Origin: Bdellovibrionota bacterium | Lineage (GTDB): Bacteria > Bdellovibrionota_C > UBA2361 > JAAYZI01 | Assembly (NCBI GenBank): GCA_050950765.1 | Contig: JBMNIF010000003.1 | Span: 288,001 to 352,000, forward strand | DNA: 64,000 nt | Direction: 5' to 3' | Shown: piece by piece, positions 31,446-42,226 of the stretch | How the letters are laid out: each line of letters opens with the position of its first letter | How positions within the stretch are numbered: position 1 is the stretch's first letter | Notes under the pieces: model-generated | The model's input: only the letters and a program-made list of their open reading frames with translations | Told to the model about the DNA's origin: nothing | Databases searched by the model: none | Position numbers and translations under genes: made by a program

Positions 31446-34377
31446 TACCACCGAAAAAGGTCTTGAATCAATGATAGTAGCCTCACTGGTATCAGAGGCT
31501 GGCTATATCCAGGGTTCGCCAGAGGATTATGACCGTGACCATGCTGTAGACCTGAAGCAGCTTTTAGCTTTCATCGAAGACACCCAGCCGGAAAAGTTTG
31601 CTCAACTTTCTATCTCAACCGATTCACCTGAACGCCAGAAATTCTTAAATCGTTTGCAAGGGGAAGTTGCTAAGCGCGGAGTTATTGATCTCCTGCGAAA
31701 CGGAATCAAGCACGGTCCGATTTCTCTTGATCTTTATTATGGATTACCAACTCCGGGTAATGCAAAGGCTGAAGAGCGGTTCAGGGCGAACCGTTTCAGT
31801 GTTACCCGCCAGCTCTGTTACAGTAAAGACGAATCCAGACTAGCTCTGGACATGGCAATTTTTATCAATGGCTTGCCGTTTGCCACCTTTGAGCTAAAAA
31901 ACAGCCTTACCAAGCAAACCGTCGAAGATGCTGTGCAGCAGTATAGAAGAGACCGCGACCCGAAAGAGCTTATCTTTCAGTTTGGGCGCTGTGCTGTGCA
32001 TTTTGCTGTTGATGATGCAGAAGTAAAGATGTGTACCGAGCTTGTCGGGAAAGGCTCGTGGTTTCTTCCATTCAACAAAGGCTGGAATGATGGTGCTGGA
32101 AATCCGCCGAATCCTGATGGGTTGAAAACAGATTATCTCTGGAAGAATATTCTTAAAAAGCGAAGTCTGGCGGATATTATAGAGAACTATGCCCAGATTG
32201 TTGAGTTAAAGGACGAAAAAGGCAGGAAGAAACGAAAACAGATCTTTCCCCGTTATCATCAACTGGATGTAGTTCGTCACCTGCTTTCAACATCTAAAGA
32301 GCTTGGAGCCGGTAAGCGATACCTGATTCAGCATTCCGCCGGCTCTGGAAAGAGTAATTCAATAGCCTGGCTTGCCCATCAGCTTGTTGGGCTTGAAAAA
32401 GACTCGTCACAGGTCTTTGATTCAATCATTGTTGTTACTGACAGACGCATCCTTGATAAGCAGATCAGAGATACCATCAAGCAGTTTGCCCAGGTTTCAG
32501 CCACAGTCGGACATGCCGAGAGATCTGGAGATCTAAGAAAGTTCCTGGCTGCTGGTAAGAAGATTATTATCTCCACCGTTCAGAAGTTTCCATTCATTCT
32601 TGACGAGATCGGCGAAGAGCATCGGGGAAGCAAGTTTGCAATTCTGATTGATGAGGCGCATTCCAGTCAGGGTGGCAGAACTGCTGCCAAGATGAACATT
32701 GCTTTGGCAGAAAACGGCGGTGAAGACGAAGAGGAATCAACTGAAGATAAGATAAACCGCATCATGGAAGCCAGAAAGATGCTTTCAAATGCTTCTTACT
32801 ATGCTTTTACGGCAACCCCGAAGGGAAAGACTCTGGAAATCTTCGGCGAATCCGGTAAAGAAGGCGGGGATACCCAGTTTAGACCCTTTCACTCTTACAC
32901 CATGAAGCAGGCGATTCAGGAAGGTTTTATTCTGGATGTTCTTAAGAGCTATACGCCAGTAGAAAGCTACTATCGGTTGATGAAAACCATAGAAGATGAT
33001 CCAGAATTTGACAGCAAGAAAGCCAAGAAGAAGCTCAGGCGATATGTTGAATCACATGATCATGCCATACGCCAGAAAGCTGAGATTATGATCGACCACT
33101 TCCACGAGCAGGTCTATCAGCGGAGAAAAATAGGCGGTCAGGCTCGTGCCATGGTGGCTACAAGCGGTATCCAACGGGCAATTCAGTATTACCATGCCTT
33201 TCAGGATTACCTGAAGGAATCAAAGAGCCCGCATAAGGCAATTGTAGCGTTCTCCGGTGAACATGAATATGGAGGTGTTAAGGTAACTGAATCTTCATTG
33301 AACGGATTTCCAAGTAATAATATTCCAACTGTCTTTGTTGAAGACCCGTATCGCTTTTTAATTGTTGCCGACAAGTTTCAGACCGGTTACGACGAGCCGA
33401 TGCTCCATACCATGTATGTGGATAAACATCTTTCAGGGATAAAGGCAGTTCAAACGCTTTCCCGCCTGAATCGCGCTCATCCAAAAAAGCATGACACCTT
33501 TGTTCTGGATTTTATGAATGACACGGCAACGATTGAAGCAGCCTTTTCCGATTACTACCGCACTACAATTTTGAGTGATGAGACTGATGCCAATCGCCTG
33601 CATGACCTGTTAGCGGAGATAGAAGGTTATCAAGTTTATACAGAGGAACAGCTTGACGATTTTGTAAGTCTTTACATCCAAGGCGCAGAGCGCGAGAGAT
33701 TAGATCCGATTCTGGATGCTTCAGTAGCCATTTACAAAGATACTTTAGATGAGGATGGTCAGGTTGATTTTAAGAGCCGCGCCAAAGCGTTTGTGAGATC
33801 ATATAACTTCCTTTCTTCCATTTTGCCGTATACAAACGCGCACTGGGAGAAATCATCCATATTCTTAAGTTTCCTGACTCCAAAACTGCCAGCACCAAAG
33901 GAAGAGGATCTATCCAAGGGTATCCTTGAAGCCATTGATATGGATTCCTATAGAGCTGAGGTAAAAGCCACAGTTCAGATTGCACTGGCTGATTCCGACG
34001 GTGTTCTTGATCCAATTCCACCTGAAGGAGGTGCCTCGGTCAGAGAGCCTGAAGTTGATTATCTCAGCAATATTATCCGCTCATTTAACGATCAGTTCGG
34101 CAATATCGAATGGAAAGATGCGGACAAGATTAAAAAGATTATCAGTGAAGAGCTGCCTGAAAAAGTAGCCGCCGACCCTGCCTATCAGAATGCAATGAAG
34201 AACTCTGACAAGCAGAACGCCCGAATCGAACACGACAAAGCCCTGGCAAAAGTTATGGTGGATTTACTCTCAGACCACACCGAGCTGTTTAAACAGTACA
34301 GCGATAATCAGAGTTTTAAGAGATGGCTGGCGGACACAATCTTTGGGGCGACTTACAAGGAGCGGGATGCGGCATAG
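31435..34377 (+). CDS. hsdR: type I R-M restriction subunit
   Basis: D..ELK nuclease motif, QHSAGSGKS, DEAH, FTATP, KFQTGYDEP; ATG at 31435 with GAGGAG. Confidence 0.95.
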   Translation: MPTDTTEKGLESMIVASLVSEAGYIQGSPEDYDRDHAVDLKQLLAFIEDTQPEKFAQLSISTDSPERQKFLNRLQGEVAKRGVIDLLRNGIKHGPISLDLYYGLPTPGNAKAEERFRANRFSVTRQLCYSKDESRLALDMAIFINGLPFATFELKNSLTKQTVEDAVQQYRRDRDPKELIFQFGRCAVHFAVDDAEVKMCTELVGKGSWFLPFNKGWNDGAGNPPNPDGLKTDYLWKNILKKRSLADIIENYAQIVELKDEKGRKKRKQIFPRYHQLDVVRHLLSTSKELGAGKRYLIQHSAGSGKSNSIAWLAHQLVGLEKDSSQVFDSIIVVTDRRILDKQIRDTIKQFAQVSATVGHAERSGDLRKFLAAGKKIIISTVQKFPFILDEIGEEHRGSKFAILIDEAHSSQGGRTAAKMNIALAENGGEDEEESTEDKINRIMEARKMLSNASYYAFTATPKGKTLEIFGESGKEGGDTQFRPFHSYTMKQAIQEGFILDVLKSYTPVESYYRLMKTIEDDPEFDSKKAKKKLRRYVESHDHAIRQKAEIMIDHFHEQVYQRRKIGGQARAMVATSGIQRAIQYYHAFQDYLKESKSPHKAIVAFSGEHEYGGVKVTESSLNGFPSNNIPTVFVEDPYRFLIVADKFQTGYDEPMLHTMYVDKHLSGIKAVQTLSRLNRAHPKKHDTFVLDFMNDTATIEAAFSDYYRTTILSDETDANRLHDLLAEIEGYQVYTEEQLDDFVSLYIQGAERERLDPILDASVAIYKDTLDEDGQVDFKSRAKAFVRSYNFLSSILPYTNAHWEKSSIFLSFLTPKLPAPKEEDLSKGILEAIDMDSYRAEVKATVQIALADSDGVLDPIPPEGGASVREPEVDYLSNIIRSFNDQFGNIEWKDADKIKKIISEELPEKVAADPAYQNAMKNSDKQNARIEHDKALAKVMVDLLSDHTELFKQYSDNQSFKRWLADTIFGATYKERDAA

Positions 34378-34408
34378 GAAGTGAAGAGTTGATTTTGAGA
34401 ATAAGTTC

Positions 34409-36721
34409 GTGATTGAAAGAATTGAATTTGTTAAGAACTTTGGAATATTTCGTGCTTTTGACGGGAACGCTATTCAGCCTTTCGGTAAATACAATTTGAT
34501 ATATGGGTGGAACGGTAGTGGAAAGTCCACTTTGTCCTTAGTATTTGAGAGCCTTGAAAAGCGCGAATGTGTTGCGAGTGGGCGTTTTCCGCGAGGAGAA
34601 TTTAAAATTAAGTGTGCCGATTCAACTACCTTCGACAATAATAGTATTCAGTCCTGCAATCTGAACATCAGAACTTTCAATGCAGACTTTATTAAAGAAA
34701 ATATTGACTGGAGTTCTCATACAAAGAGCCTATTAATGGTCGCAAAAGAGAAGATTGAGGAGCGAAAGGAACTTGATTCTTTAAGGGCTGCGCAATCTGA
34801 AGATGCTATGAGACTGAATAGCCTTCGCAATGAGTTGCAGACTGAGGAAAAGGCTCTTTCCAAGTTTTTGTCTGATTCTGCAAAGACAATTAAAATTAAT
34901 CTGAAGATCATTGATACTAGCGATAACCGATTCCTAAATTATGATAAGACTAAGTTTGAGACTTTTTTGCAGCAGAATGAACATACTGTAAAAGATTCTG
35001 CTTCGATAGTGGGAGAAGAAGAACTTCTTTCGCTTACAACAGCAGCAAAGCCTGATAAGAAGGAGTCGATTCCCTGGGTAGTGTCTGAGTTGTCATTTGC
35101 AGATTTATCAGGCACAAAGGAAAAGATTGCCAAGATACTGGCAAAAAGTATTGTCAATAAAACAATTGAGCGTCTTGCAGGCAATTCTTCTTTACAGACT
35201 TGGGTTGAAACGGGGCTTAGCCTTCATGGTAAAGAGGGGAATGTAGCCTGTGAATTTTGTGGCAATATTGTTTCATCTGATCGTTTGAAGGATCTCGAAG
35301 GACACTTCAGTAAGGAATATGTTGAGTTCAAAGATGAATTGACACGGGCTCTTGGATGGATGAACGAAAAAGGGATATCCTTGCCTGATTTGCCAGCAGC
35401 GGAGAAGTTATATCCTGAGTTGGTAAACAGATATAGCGCGGCAAAGGAGGAACTTGAACTTAGTGCGAAAAATGTAAATGCCATAATTAATAGTTGGATA
35501 GTTCATCTTCAAACAAAGCAAACAAATCCTTTCGAGACCAATTTCCAGCTTTCCGAGATCGCGGAGAATGAGATTCAGGAGTTCAATTTAAAACTTAATA
35601 ATCTCACTGCAATTATTTCTGAACATAACCTAAAGACCGCTGATTTTGAAAAGAGTGTTGGCGATAGTAAGAAGAAAATTGAATTACATTATGCCGCTGA
35701 TGCTACATCCAAATTCGACTATTTCAGTAGGAAACAGGGTCTTGACGCTCTTAGTCAGGAAATTGAGACGCTTAAGAACGCGATGGAGGAAAAAAAGGGA
35801 AGAGTCAAGTCGCTTGAGGCATCTCTGGTCAATGAAGAAAGGGGAGCAAAGAATCTGAACGATGCGTTGCATCGATTTTTAGGAAGAGAAGATATCTCAC
35901 TAGTTTTTAACAAAGATAAACTGGGATATGAAATTCATAGAGGAGAGGACAATCGGCACTCTGAGGATTTAAGTGAAGGGGAAAAGACAGCCATAGCTTT
36001 TGTTCTTTTTGTGCTTAAACTGGAAGAGAACAACAATCATCTGAAAAAGACAATTGTGGTTATCGATGATCCGGTGTCGAGCTTCGATTCGAATCATTTA
36101 TTTCATGCGTATTCATTTTTAAGGAAGAGGTGCGAAGAATCTGAGCAGATATTTGTGATGACTCACAACTTTACTTTTTTTAGGAGAGTTTGTGATTGGT
36201 TCTATGGCGTTAATAGAACCCGCGAAGGGAAAAAACCACCTAAAAGTAAGAATGCGTTTTTCTATATACTCGAATGTTGCGATTCGGGAGGTCGATCAAG
36301 TAAGTTGGTTGAGGCTCCAGACAATCTGGTAGCTTACCACTCTGAGTATCATTATCTTTTTAGTCGTCTGTGTAGATTCATAGAAAACGAGTCTATTTCC
36401 TTGGAAGAGAGTTATGTTATTGCGAATTTGAGCAGACGAATCCTTGAATCATTTTTGGCGTTCAAGTTTCCAAAATATAGAAGTGATTTCGCACAGCTTT
36501 TGGATAAAGCGCGAGATAATTGCGAAGGCGTTTCTGCTGAGATGATGGAAAGGTTAAAAAGGTTTACAGATCGATATTCACATAGTAATGTTTTTGAAGT
36601 TGATTCGGAATCTATCGGAAACTTGGTCAGCGAAGGTCCGCAGGTGGTAAGTACGGTTTTGAAGGTGATGGAAGAGCTTGATCCATTGCACTACAAAGAG
36701 ATGTTAGAGGTTGTTCAATAG
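34409..36721 (+). CDS. RloC-like (AAA_13) ABC-ATPase/HEPN anticodon nuclease
   Basis: GWNGSGKS, coiled coil with zinc-hook CEFCG, LSEGE, IDDPVSSFD, THN, HEPN-like RRILE..RFTDRYSH. Confidence 0.8.
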   Translation: MIERIEFVKNFGIFRAFDGNAIQPFGKYNLIYGWNGSGKSTLSLVFESLEKRECVASGRFPRGEFKIKCADSTTFDNNSIQSCNLNIRTFNADFIKENIDWSSHTKSLLMVAKEKIEERKELDSLRAAQSEDAMRLNSLRNELQTEEKALSKFLSDSAKTIKINLKIIDTSDNRFLNYDKTKFETFLQQNEHTVKDSASIVGEEELLSLTTAAKPDKKESIPWVVSELSFADLSGTKEKIAKILAKSIVNKTIERLAGNSSLQTWVETGLSLHGKEGNVACEFCGNIVSSDRLKDLEGHFSKEYVEFKDELTRALGWMNEKGISLPDLPAAEKLYPELVNRYSAAKEELELSAKNVNAIINSWIVHLQTKQTNPFETNFQLSEIAENEIQEFNLKLNNLTAIISEHNLKTADFEKSVGDSKKKIELHYAADATSKFDYFSRKQGLDALSQEIETLKNAMEEKKGRVKSLEASLVNEERGAKNLNDALHRFLGREDISLVFNKDKLGYEIHRGEDNRHSEDLSEGEKTAIAFVLFVLKLEENNNHLKKTIVVIDDPVSSFDSNHLFHAYSFLRKRCEESEQIFVMTHNFTFFRRVCDWFYGVNRTREGKKPPKSKNAFFYILECCDSGGRSSKLVEAPDNLVAYHSEYHYLFSRLCRFIENESISLEESYVIANLSRRILESFLAFKFPKYRSDFAQLLDKARDNCEGVSAEMMERLKRFTDRYSHSNVFEVDSESIGNLVSEGPQVVSTVLKVMEELDPLHYKEMLEVVQ

Positions 36722-36847
36722 GAGCAGCGTTGATTCTTTCAGGAAGTTTCCGGAAATTTCAAAGTTGTTCAAAAGTTGGATGCAAAAAGGCTGCAACGGA
36801 AATAAAAAGCGAATAATATCAATATATTAGCCTAGTTCAGATACTAC

Positions 36848-37241
36848 ACCCCACTCTAAATCCCCCCCTAATGCTTCATAAATAGCGCATTCATAATTTT
36901 TCACTATCCTCGCAAGCGGAATTATTACGAATCCACTTTGACACTGTTGGTGCTTGGTATTTGAGAATGTTTGCTAACAGGTCGTGACCTGTTGTGGCTG
37001 TAAGTAGCATCTCTCGGTGTTCAATTCGCATAAAGCCTTCAGTGACCCCACTCTAAATCCCTCCCTAATGCTTCATAAATAGCACCTCATAAATTTTCAC
37101 TATCCTCGCAAGCGGAATTATTACGAATCCACTTTGACACTGTTGGTGCTTGGTATTTGAGAATGTTTGCCAACAGGTCGCGACCTGTTGTGGCTGTAAG
37201 TAACATCTCGCGGTGTTCAATTCGCATAAAGCCTTCAGTGA
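36848..37241. repeat. imperfect 197-bp tandem duplication of the LOG gene 3' end and downstream flank
   Basis: units begin ACCCCACTCTAAATCC at 36848 and 37045, with scattered differences. Confidence 0.9.
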
Positions 37242-37722
37242 CTGTATGATCCAAGAAGTTTAGGAGTTCGTCATAATAACCGTTAACATTGAGCAATCCG
37301 CACGGCTTCTGACTTTCGCCGAGTTGTGCCCATGTAAGCACCTCAAAGATCTCTTCAAGTGTTCCGTATCCTCCAGGGAGTCCGATAAAGGCATCGGAAA
37401 GTTTGAACATTAAAGCCTTCCGTTCATGCATTGTATTAGTGAGGTAGAGTTTCGTTAGTCCTTTGTGTCCGACTTTATCTGCGATTGAATTCGGTATAAC
37501 GCCGACCACTTCTCCACCTAATTGAAGAGCGGTATCAGCGATCTTACCCATTAACCCGACAGCAGCTCCGCCGTAAACAATTTTTATCTTATGTTGTGCG
37601 AGGTATTGAGCAAGTTCAACAGCAGCTTCTAAATAGACATCGCCTCGTCCGCTATTAGAGCCGCAATTAATACATATGGAGCTAATTGATTTCACGTTCA
37701 TCTCCCTTAGCAACAATCCCAA
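37087..37722 (-). CDS. LOG family (TIGR00730-type) nucleotide phosphoribohydrolase
   Basis: VYGG..GLMG, MHERK, PGGYGTLEE; true start probably near 37695-37701. Confidence 0.92.
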   Translation of the reverse strand: MGLLLREMNVKSISSICINCGSNSGRGDVYLEAAVELAQYLAQHKIKIVYGGAAVGLMGKIADTALQLGGEVVGVIPNSIADKVGHKGLTKLYLTNTMHERKALMFKLSDAFIGLPGGYGTLEEIFEVLTWAQLGESQKPCGLLNVNGYYDELLNFLDHTVTEGFMRIEHREMLLTATTGRDLLANILKYQAPTVSKWIRNNSACEDSENL

Positions 37723-38176
37723 ATCCCTCCCGCACCAGATACCGCTCCCACCAAATCACTACTTCACCAAATTCTTCAATCCATTTCCAGCAAAATCTTT
37801 TCCCCCGCCGCCAGCACTTTCAATAAAACGCTTCTAGTGGTTAGGGTGTTAAAGGGGTGTAGGAAAAAGGCATTCAATAATCTAAACACGAAAAACAAGC
37901 TTGTAGAGGTTTTTTCAGGATATTTTGAAATTATCTTTTAAAAAGTGACCCATTCTCTAACCCTGCAAATCCATTGACCCTTCTTTCCTTTGGTGGTCTA
38001 ATACGACAGTTTTGGCTCTTTTAAAACCGCTCACACCTCGCCAAACACTTAAGTGTTAACACATACCCCCACTCAGGGCTCACACCCTTCAGAGATTTAA
38101 GATTTCTAGAGTGGTGGGATGGATGAGAGCAGGAAATCCTATTAAAAAAGTCAAATGACCACGGATGATAAATAAA

Positions 38177-38335
38177 ATGGCAGAAGCACACTCTGAAGAA
38201 TTTGAAGAAGAACAACTTATCGTCTCACGTCAACGCGTTACTGATCACGGTGAAGTTTATACACCTAAAGCAATCGTTAATCAGATGCTCGATCTGGTCG
38301 CTCAAGAAACTGAACGCATTGATTCTCGCTTCTTA
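38177..38335 (+). pseudogene. 5' fragment of a DNA methyltransferase gene
   Basis: SRQRVTDHGEVYTP..VNQMLDLV..ETERIDSRFL breaks off where the SAM-binding motif would follow. Confidence 0.7.
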
Positions 38336-38563
38336 TTAAATGCCCCTACGATTCAATCTCAAACAAAAATCGCTCTGAGTATATTTTCCAAAATGAGAAA
38401 AATGAATATCTTTCTATGGATATGCTTGTTCGGTTGTGTAAAAGTCTCGCTTACTAGATAAGCGATATCGTGGAGTTGAGAACATTGGGTGCAAAAAAAG
38501 ATCTCTCCAATAAATGGAAGGATCGTAAAAAGTAAAAGTAATCTACAGGAGTAATTTGAGGAC

Positions 38564-41074
38564 ATGACAGTAAAAAAATCAGAATTATATTCAGTTCTTT
38601 GGGAAGCATGTAATAAATTAAGAGGTGGAGTAGAACCATCAAGATATAAAGATTATGTGCTAGTTTTGCTTTTCTTCAAATACGTATCAGATAAATACAA
38701 AGGGGAAAGATTCGCAGAGTTCACAATAGGCAAAAACGCCTCCTTTGATGATCTTGTAAAATTAAAAGGGAAGGAAGACATAGGCGAAAAAGTCGATAAG
38801 ATTCTTCAGAAATTTTTAGAAGATAATAAACTTAAAGGTCTTCTTCCCGATGTTAGCTTTAACAATTCAGACGAACTTGGCAAAGGCAAAGAACTAGTCG
38901 ATAAAGTCTCCGGGCTTATTGCAATTTTTGAAAATCCCGCAATCGACTTTAAAAGCAATGTAGCAAGTGGTGATGATATCATCGGCGATGCTTACGAATA
39001 TTTTATGATGAAATTTGCCCAAGAATCTGGAAAAAGCAAAGGGCAATTTTATACCCCAAGCGAGGTTTCTAGAGTTATCGCTAGACTTATAGGAATAGGA
39101 GATATAAAGCTAGAAAGGGGCAGACGTTGGACTTTACACGACCCTGCAGCTGGGAGTGGTTCACTTCTTATTCGTGCGGCAGATGAGGCTCCTTTAAATG
39201 ATAGTGGTAAATCTGTGGTAGATATATATGCCCAAGAAAAATACAGGGATACCGCCGGTCTTGCAAAGATGAATTTTATTCTTCATAACAAAGGCACGAG
39301 CGAGATCGTTAGCGCAAACACGTTATCAGATCCGCAATATACTGACAACTTCGGAGAGCTTAAAAAATTTGATTTTATTGTAATGAATCCTCCATTTTCC
39401 GATAAAGATTGGAGTGATGGTATTATTCCAAGCAATGATCAATTTGGTCGCTTTGGCAATGGTGAAGATGACTTTGGTATACCACCTGAAAAAAACGGTG
39501 ATTACGCTTGGTTTTTACACGTGCTAAAAGCTTTAAAGAGCACTGGTAAGGCTGGAATTATTTTGCCTCACGGTGTTTTATTTAGAGGTAATGCAGAAGA
39601 AAATATTCGTAAAAAAATCTTACAAAAAAAATATATTAAAGGAATCGTAAGCCTTCCTGCAAACTTATTTTATGGAACTGGCATTCCTGCTTGTATTATT
39701 ATTATCGATAAAGAAAAAGCGGAAAAAAGAAAAGGAATATTTTTTATAGATGCTAGTCAAGGTTTTAAAAAAGATGGCAATAAGAACAGACTAAGAGAGC
39801 AAGATATAGAGAAGATAGTTCAGACTTTTAATAATAATATTGAAATTGAAGGCTATTCTAGATTTGTAAGTAATGAGGAAATTGAAAAAAATGAATGGAA
39901 TCTAAATGTGCCACGATATATTCAAAAAATCGATGATTCTCTTTCTCAAAATATCGCTTCACATCTTAAAGGTGGTATACCCAAACAAGATATAGATGCA
40001 CTTTCAAAATTGTGGAGCGTTTCACTAGAGCTTAAAGATAAAATTTTTAAACTAATAGATAAGAAAAAGGAAGTTTATAAATTAGCCATCAGCCCTGAAA
40101 TGATAGAAGATGCCGTTTTTAACGATCCAAATATCTCTAAGGAACTTAGTCGTGAAAAAGATAAGATGTTTAATAAATGGAAAGATGAGATAAGAGAAAC
40201 TCTTTTAAATATAAATAAAGATACCAATCCTAAAACGCTAATACGTGAAATTTCTCAAAAACTTCTATCAGTTTATAAAAATACTATCATTTTAGATAAA
40301 TACGAAGTTTATGATTCCTTACTTAATTATTGGAATGAAAAACTTCAAGATGATACTTATATTATTAAGTCGCTAGGTTATAAATCTGGAAGTGGGATTG
40401 ATTATGAAGAGCAGAAAAAAACAAAGGCAAAAATAAAATCTTTTGAAGGGACTCTTATTCCTAAAGAAATTATTGCAAAAGAATATTTTTCTAATGAGTT
40501 AAAAAATATTGAAAAAATGAAAGATAACGCCGAGATGCTTAACTCTAAACTTCAAGAGCAAATAGAAGAAGAGGCAGGAGAAGATAGTATTTTTCAAGAA
40601 GTATTAAATGATGCTGGAGATAGCATTAGAAAAGGCAGACTTAATAAGAGAATTAAAGAGTTGGAAAATAAACTCGATAAGTCAAAGATTAAAAACGCTT
40701 TAAAAGAATCTGAAAAATATGATGAATACGATGAGTATAAAGCTTTAATTTCTTATAAAAAAGATTCTGAAGAATTAGCAAAACAAGAAAAGGCTATTAA
40801 AGATAAGGAAACAGAGCTCGATGAAAAGGTAAAAAATAAATATGGCAAACTTTCAGTAGATGAAATTAAATATTTACTTTTTGAAAAAAAATGGATGGCA
40901 ATAATTCAAGCAGAAATCTTTGAAAAAATAGATTTAGTATTAAATGAAATTGTAGATAAAGTAGCTACTATTGCTAAGCGATATGATAAAACTTTAGGCG
41001 AGATTGAAAAAAAGACGGAGGAATCTAGAAAAGAAGTTCGCCTTGCTTTAGAAAGGATGGGATATAAATGGTAG
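38564..41074 (+). CDS. hsdM: second type I R-M methyltransferase subunit (AT-rich)
   Basis: LWEACNKLRGG, GQFYTP, DPAAGSGS, NPPF, PHGVLFRG. Confidence 0.95.
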   Translation: MTVKKSELYSVLWEACNKLRGGVEPSRYKDYVLVLLFFKYVSDKYKGERFAEFTIGKNASFDDLVKLKGKEDIGEKVDKILQKFLEDNKLKGLLPDVSFNNSDELGKGKELVDKVSGLIAIFENPAIDFKSNVASGDDIIGDAYEYFMMKFAQESGKSKGQFYTPSEVSRVIARLIGIGDIKLERGRRWTLHDPAAGSGSLLIRAADEAPLNDSGKSVVDIYAQEKYRDTAGLAKMNFILHNKGTSEIVSANTLSDPQYTDNFGELKKFDFIVMNPPFSDKDWSDGIIPSNDQFGRFGNGEDDFGIPPEKNGDYAWFLHVLKALKSTGKAGIILPHGVLFRGNAEENIRKKILQKKYIKGIVSLPANLFYGTGIPACIIIIDKEKAEKRKGIFFIDASQGFKKDGNKNRLREQDIEKIVQTFNNNIEIEGYSRFVSNEEIEKNEWNLNVPRYIQKIDDSLSQNIASHLKGGIPKQDIDALSKLWSVSLELKDKIFKLIDKKKEVYKLAISPEMIEDAVFNDPNISKELSREKDKMFNKWKDEIRETLLNINKDTNPKTLIREISQKLLSVYKNTIILDKYEVYDSLLNYWNEKLQDDTYIIKSLGYKSGSGIDYEEQKKTKAKIKSFEGTLIPKEIIAKEYFSNELKNIEKMKDNAEMLNSKLQEQIEEEAGEDSIFQEVLNDAGDSIRKGRLNKRIKELENKLDKSKIKNALKESEKYDEYDEYKALISYKKDSEELAKQEKAIKDKETELDEKVKNKYGKLSVDEIKYLLFEKKWMAIIQAEIFEKIDLVLNEIVDKVATIAKRYDKTLGEIEKKTEESRKEVRLALERMGYKW

Positions 41075-42226
41075 AATGTCCGAAAGGTTGGGATAACTCC
41101 AAACTTGGTAATTTGTTGAAGGTAGAAACGGGCGTAGGCGATTTAAAAGATAGTGTTAAAGGTGGAAAATACCCTTTTTATGTACGCTCACAAATTATAC
41201 AAAGGTTGAACACCTACTCTTTCGATTGTGAAGCTGTTTTAACTGCAGGTGATGGAGAAATAGGTAAAATTTTCCATTATATAGAAGGCAAATTCTCAGC
41301 CCACCAGAGAGTATATGTAATTTCAGGATTTACGAAAACAAAAGAGCAAGCAGTTTTAGGCAAGTATTTCTATTACTGGTTTTCATATTTCTTTTATAAT
41401 CATGTAATGAAATACACTGCTAAATCTACTGTAAATTCTATTAGAAGAGAAATGATTACTGATATGTATCTTCCTCTTCCACCCATCAAAGAACAGCAAG
41501 CCATAGCCGATACCCTATCCACTTTTGATAAGCATATAGAAAATTTAACTGAACTGATAAAAAAGAAAAAAGCCATTCGTGATGGAGCATTAGAAGATTT
41601 GCTTACGGGGAAGGTAAGAGTTGATGGAGCAAAAGGCGAGTGGGAAGAGGGTGAGTTATCAACCATTGCAAAAGTTTATGACGGAACACATCAAACTCCG
41701 ATATATACCAATAAAGGTGTGCCATTTGTAAGCGTGGAAAACATCAATAACTTAAATGAATCAGGTAAGCATATATCAGAAATTGATTTTGCAAGAGATT
41801 TTCCTGTTTATCCAGAATTTGGGGATATATTAATGACTCGCATTGGTGATATAGGCACACCGGCAATTGTAACAACAAAACGCCCTATCGCTTATTATGT
41901 AAGCCTAGCTTTGCTAAAAAACATTAGGATTAATTCAGTTTATCTGAAATATCATATTTTGAGCAGTTCCTTTAAGAAAGAACTTGATGAAAAAACTTTA
42001 CACCATGCTACGCCAATAAAAATCAATAAAAATGAAATCGGTAAATGTTTGGTGTCTTTTCCAAAGAGTTTCAAAGAACAGCAAGCTATAGCCTCTATCC
42101 TTTCTTCAATGGATAAAGAATTAGAATGTCTTGAAAAAGAAAAAGCAAAAGATTTTAGAAATTAAAGAAGGTGCTATGGATGATTTATTAACTGGAAAGG
42201 TTAGAATTAGTATAAGGAGATATTAA
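41068..42226 (+). CDS. hsdS: second type I R-M specificity subunit, +1 frameshift near 42150
   Basis: PPIKEQQAIA..DLLTGKVR; second conserved tail ILEIKEGAMDDLLTGKVRI lies in another frame after an A-run. Confidence 0.88.

Larger units (their letters stand above)
22948..36853. mobile_element. tyrosine-integrase genomic island at the tRNA-His 3' end
   Basis: integrase/Xis/repressor module; CACCCCA core at 22948 and 36847; a 20-bp repeat matching at 19/20 near both ends; defence cargo. Confidence 0.8.

Noticed and set aside
23188..36721. Prophage or ICE
   Set aside because: No capsid, terminase, tail or type IV secretion genes
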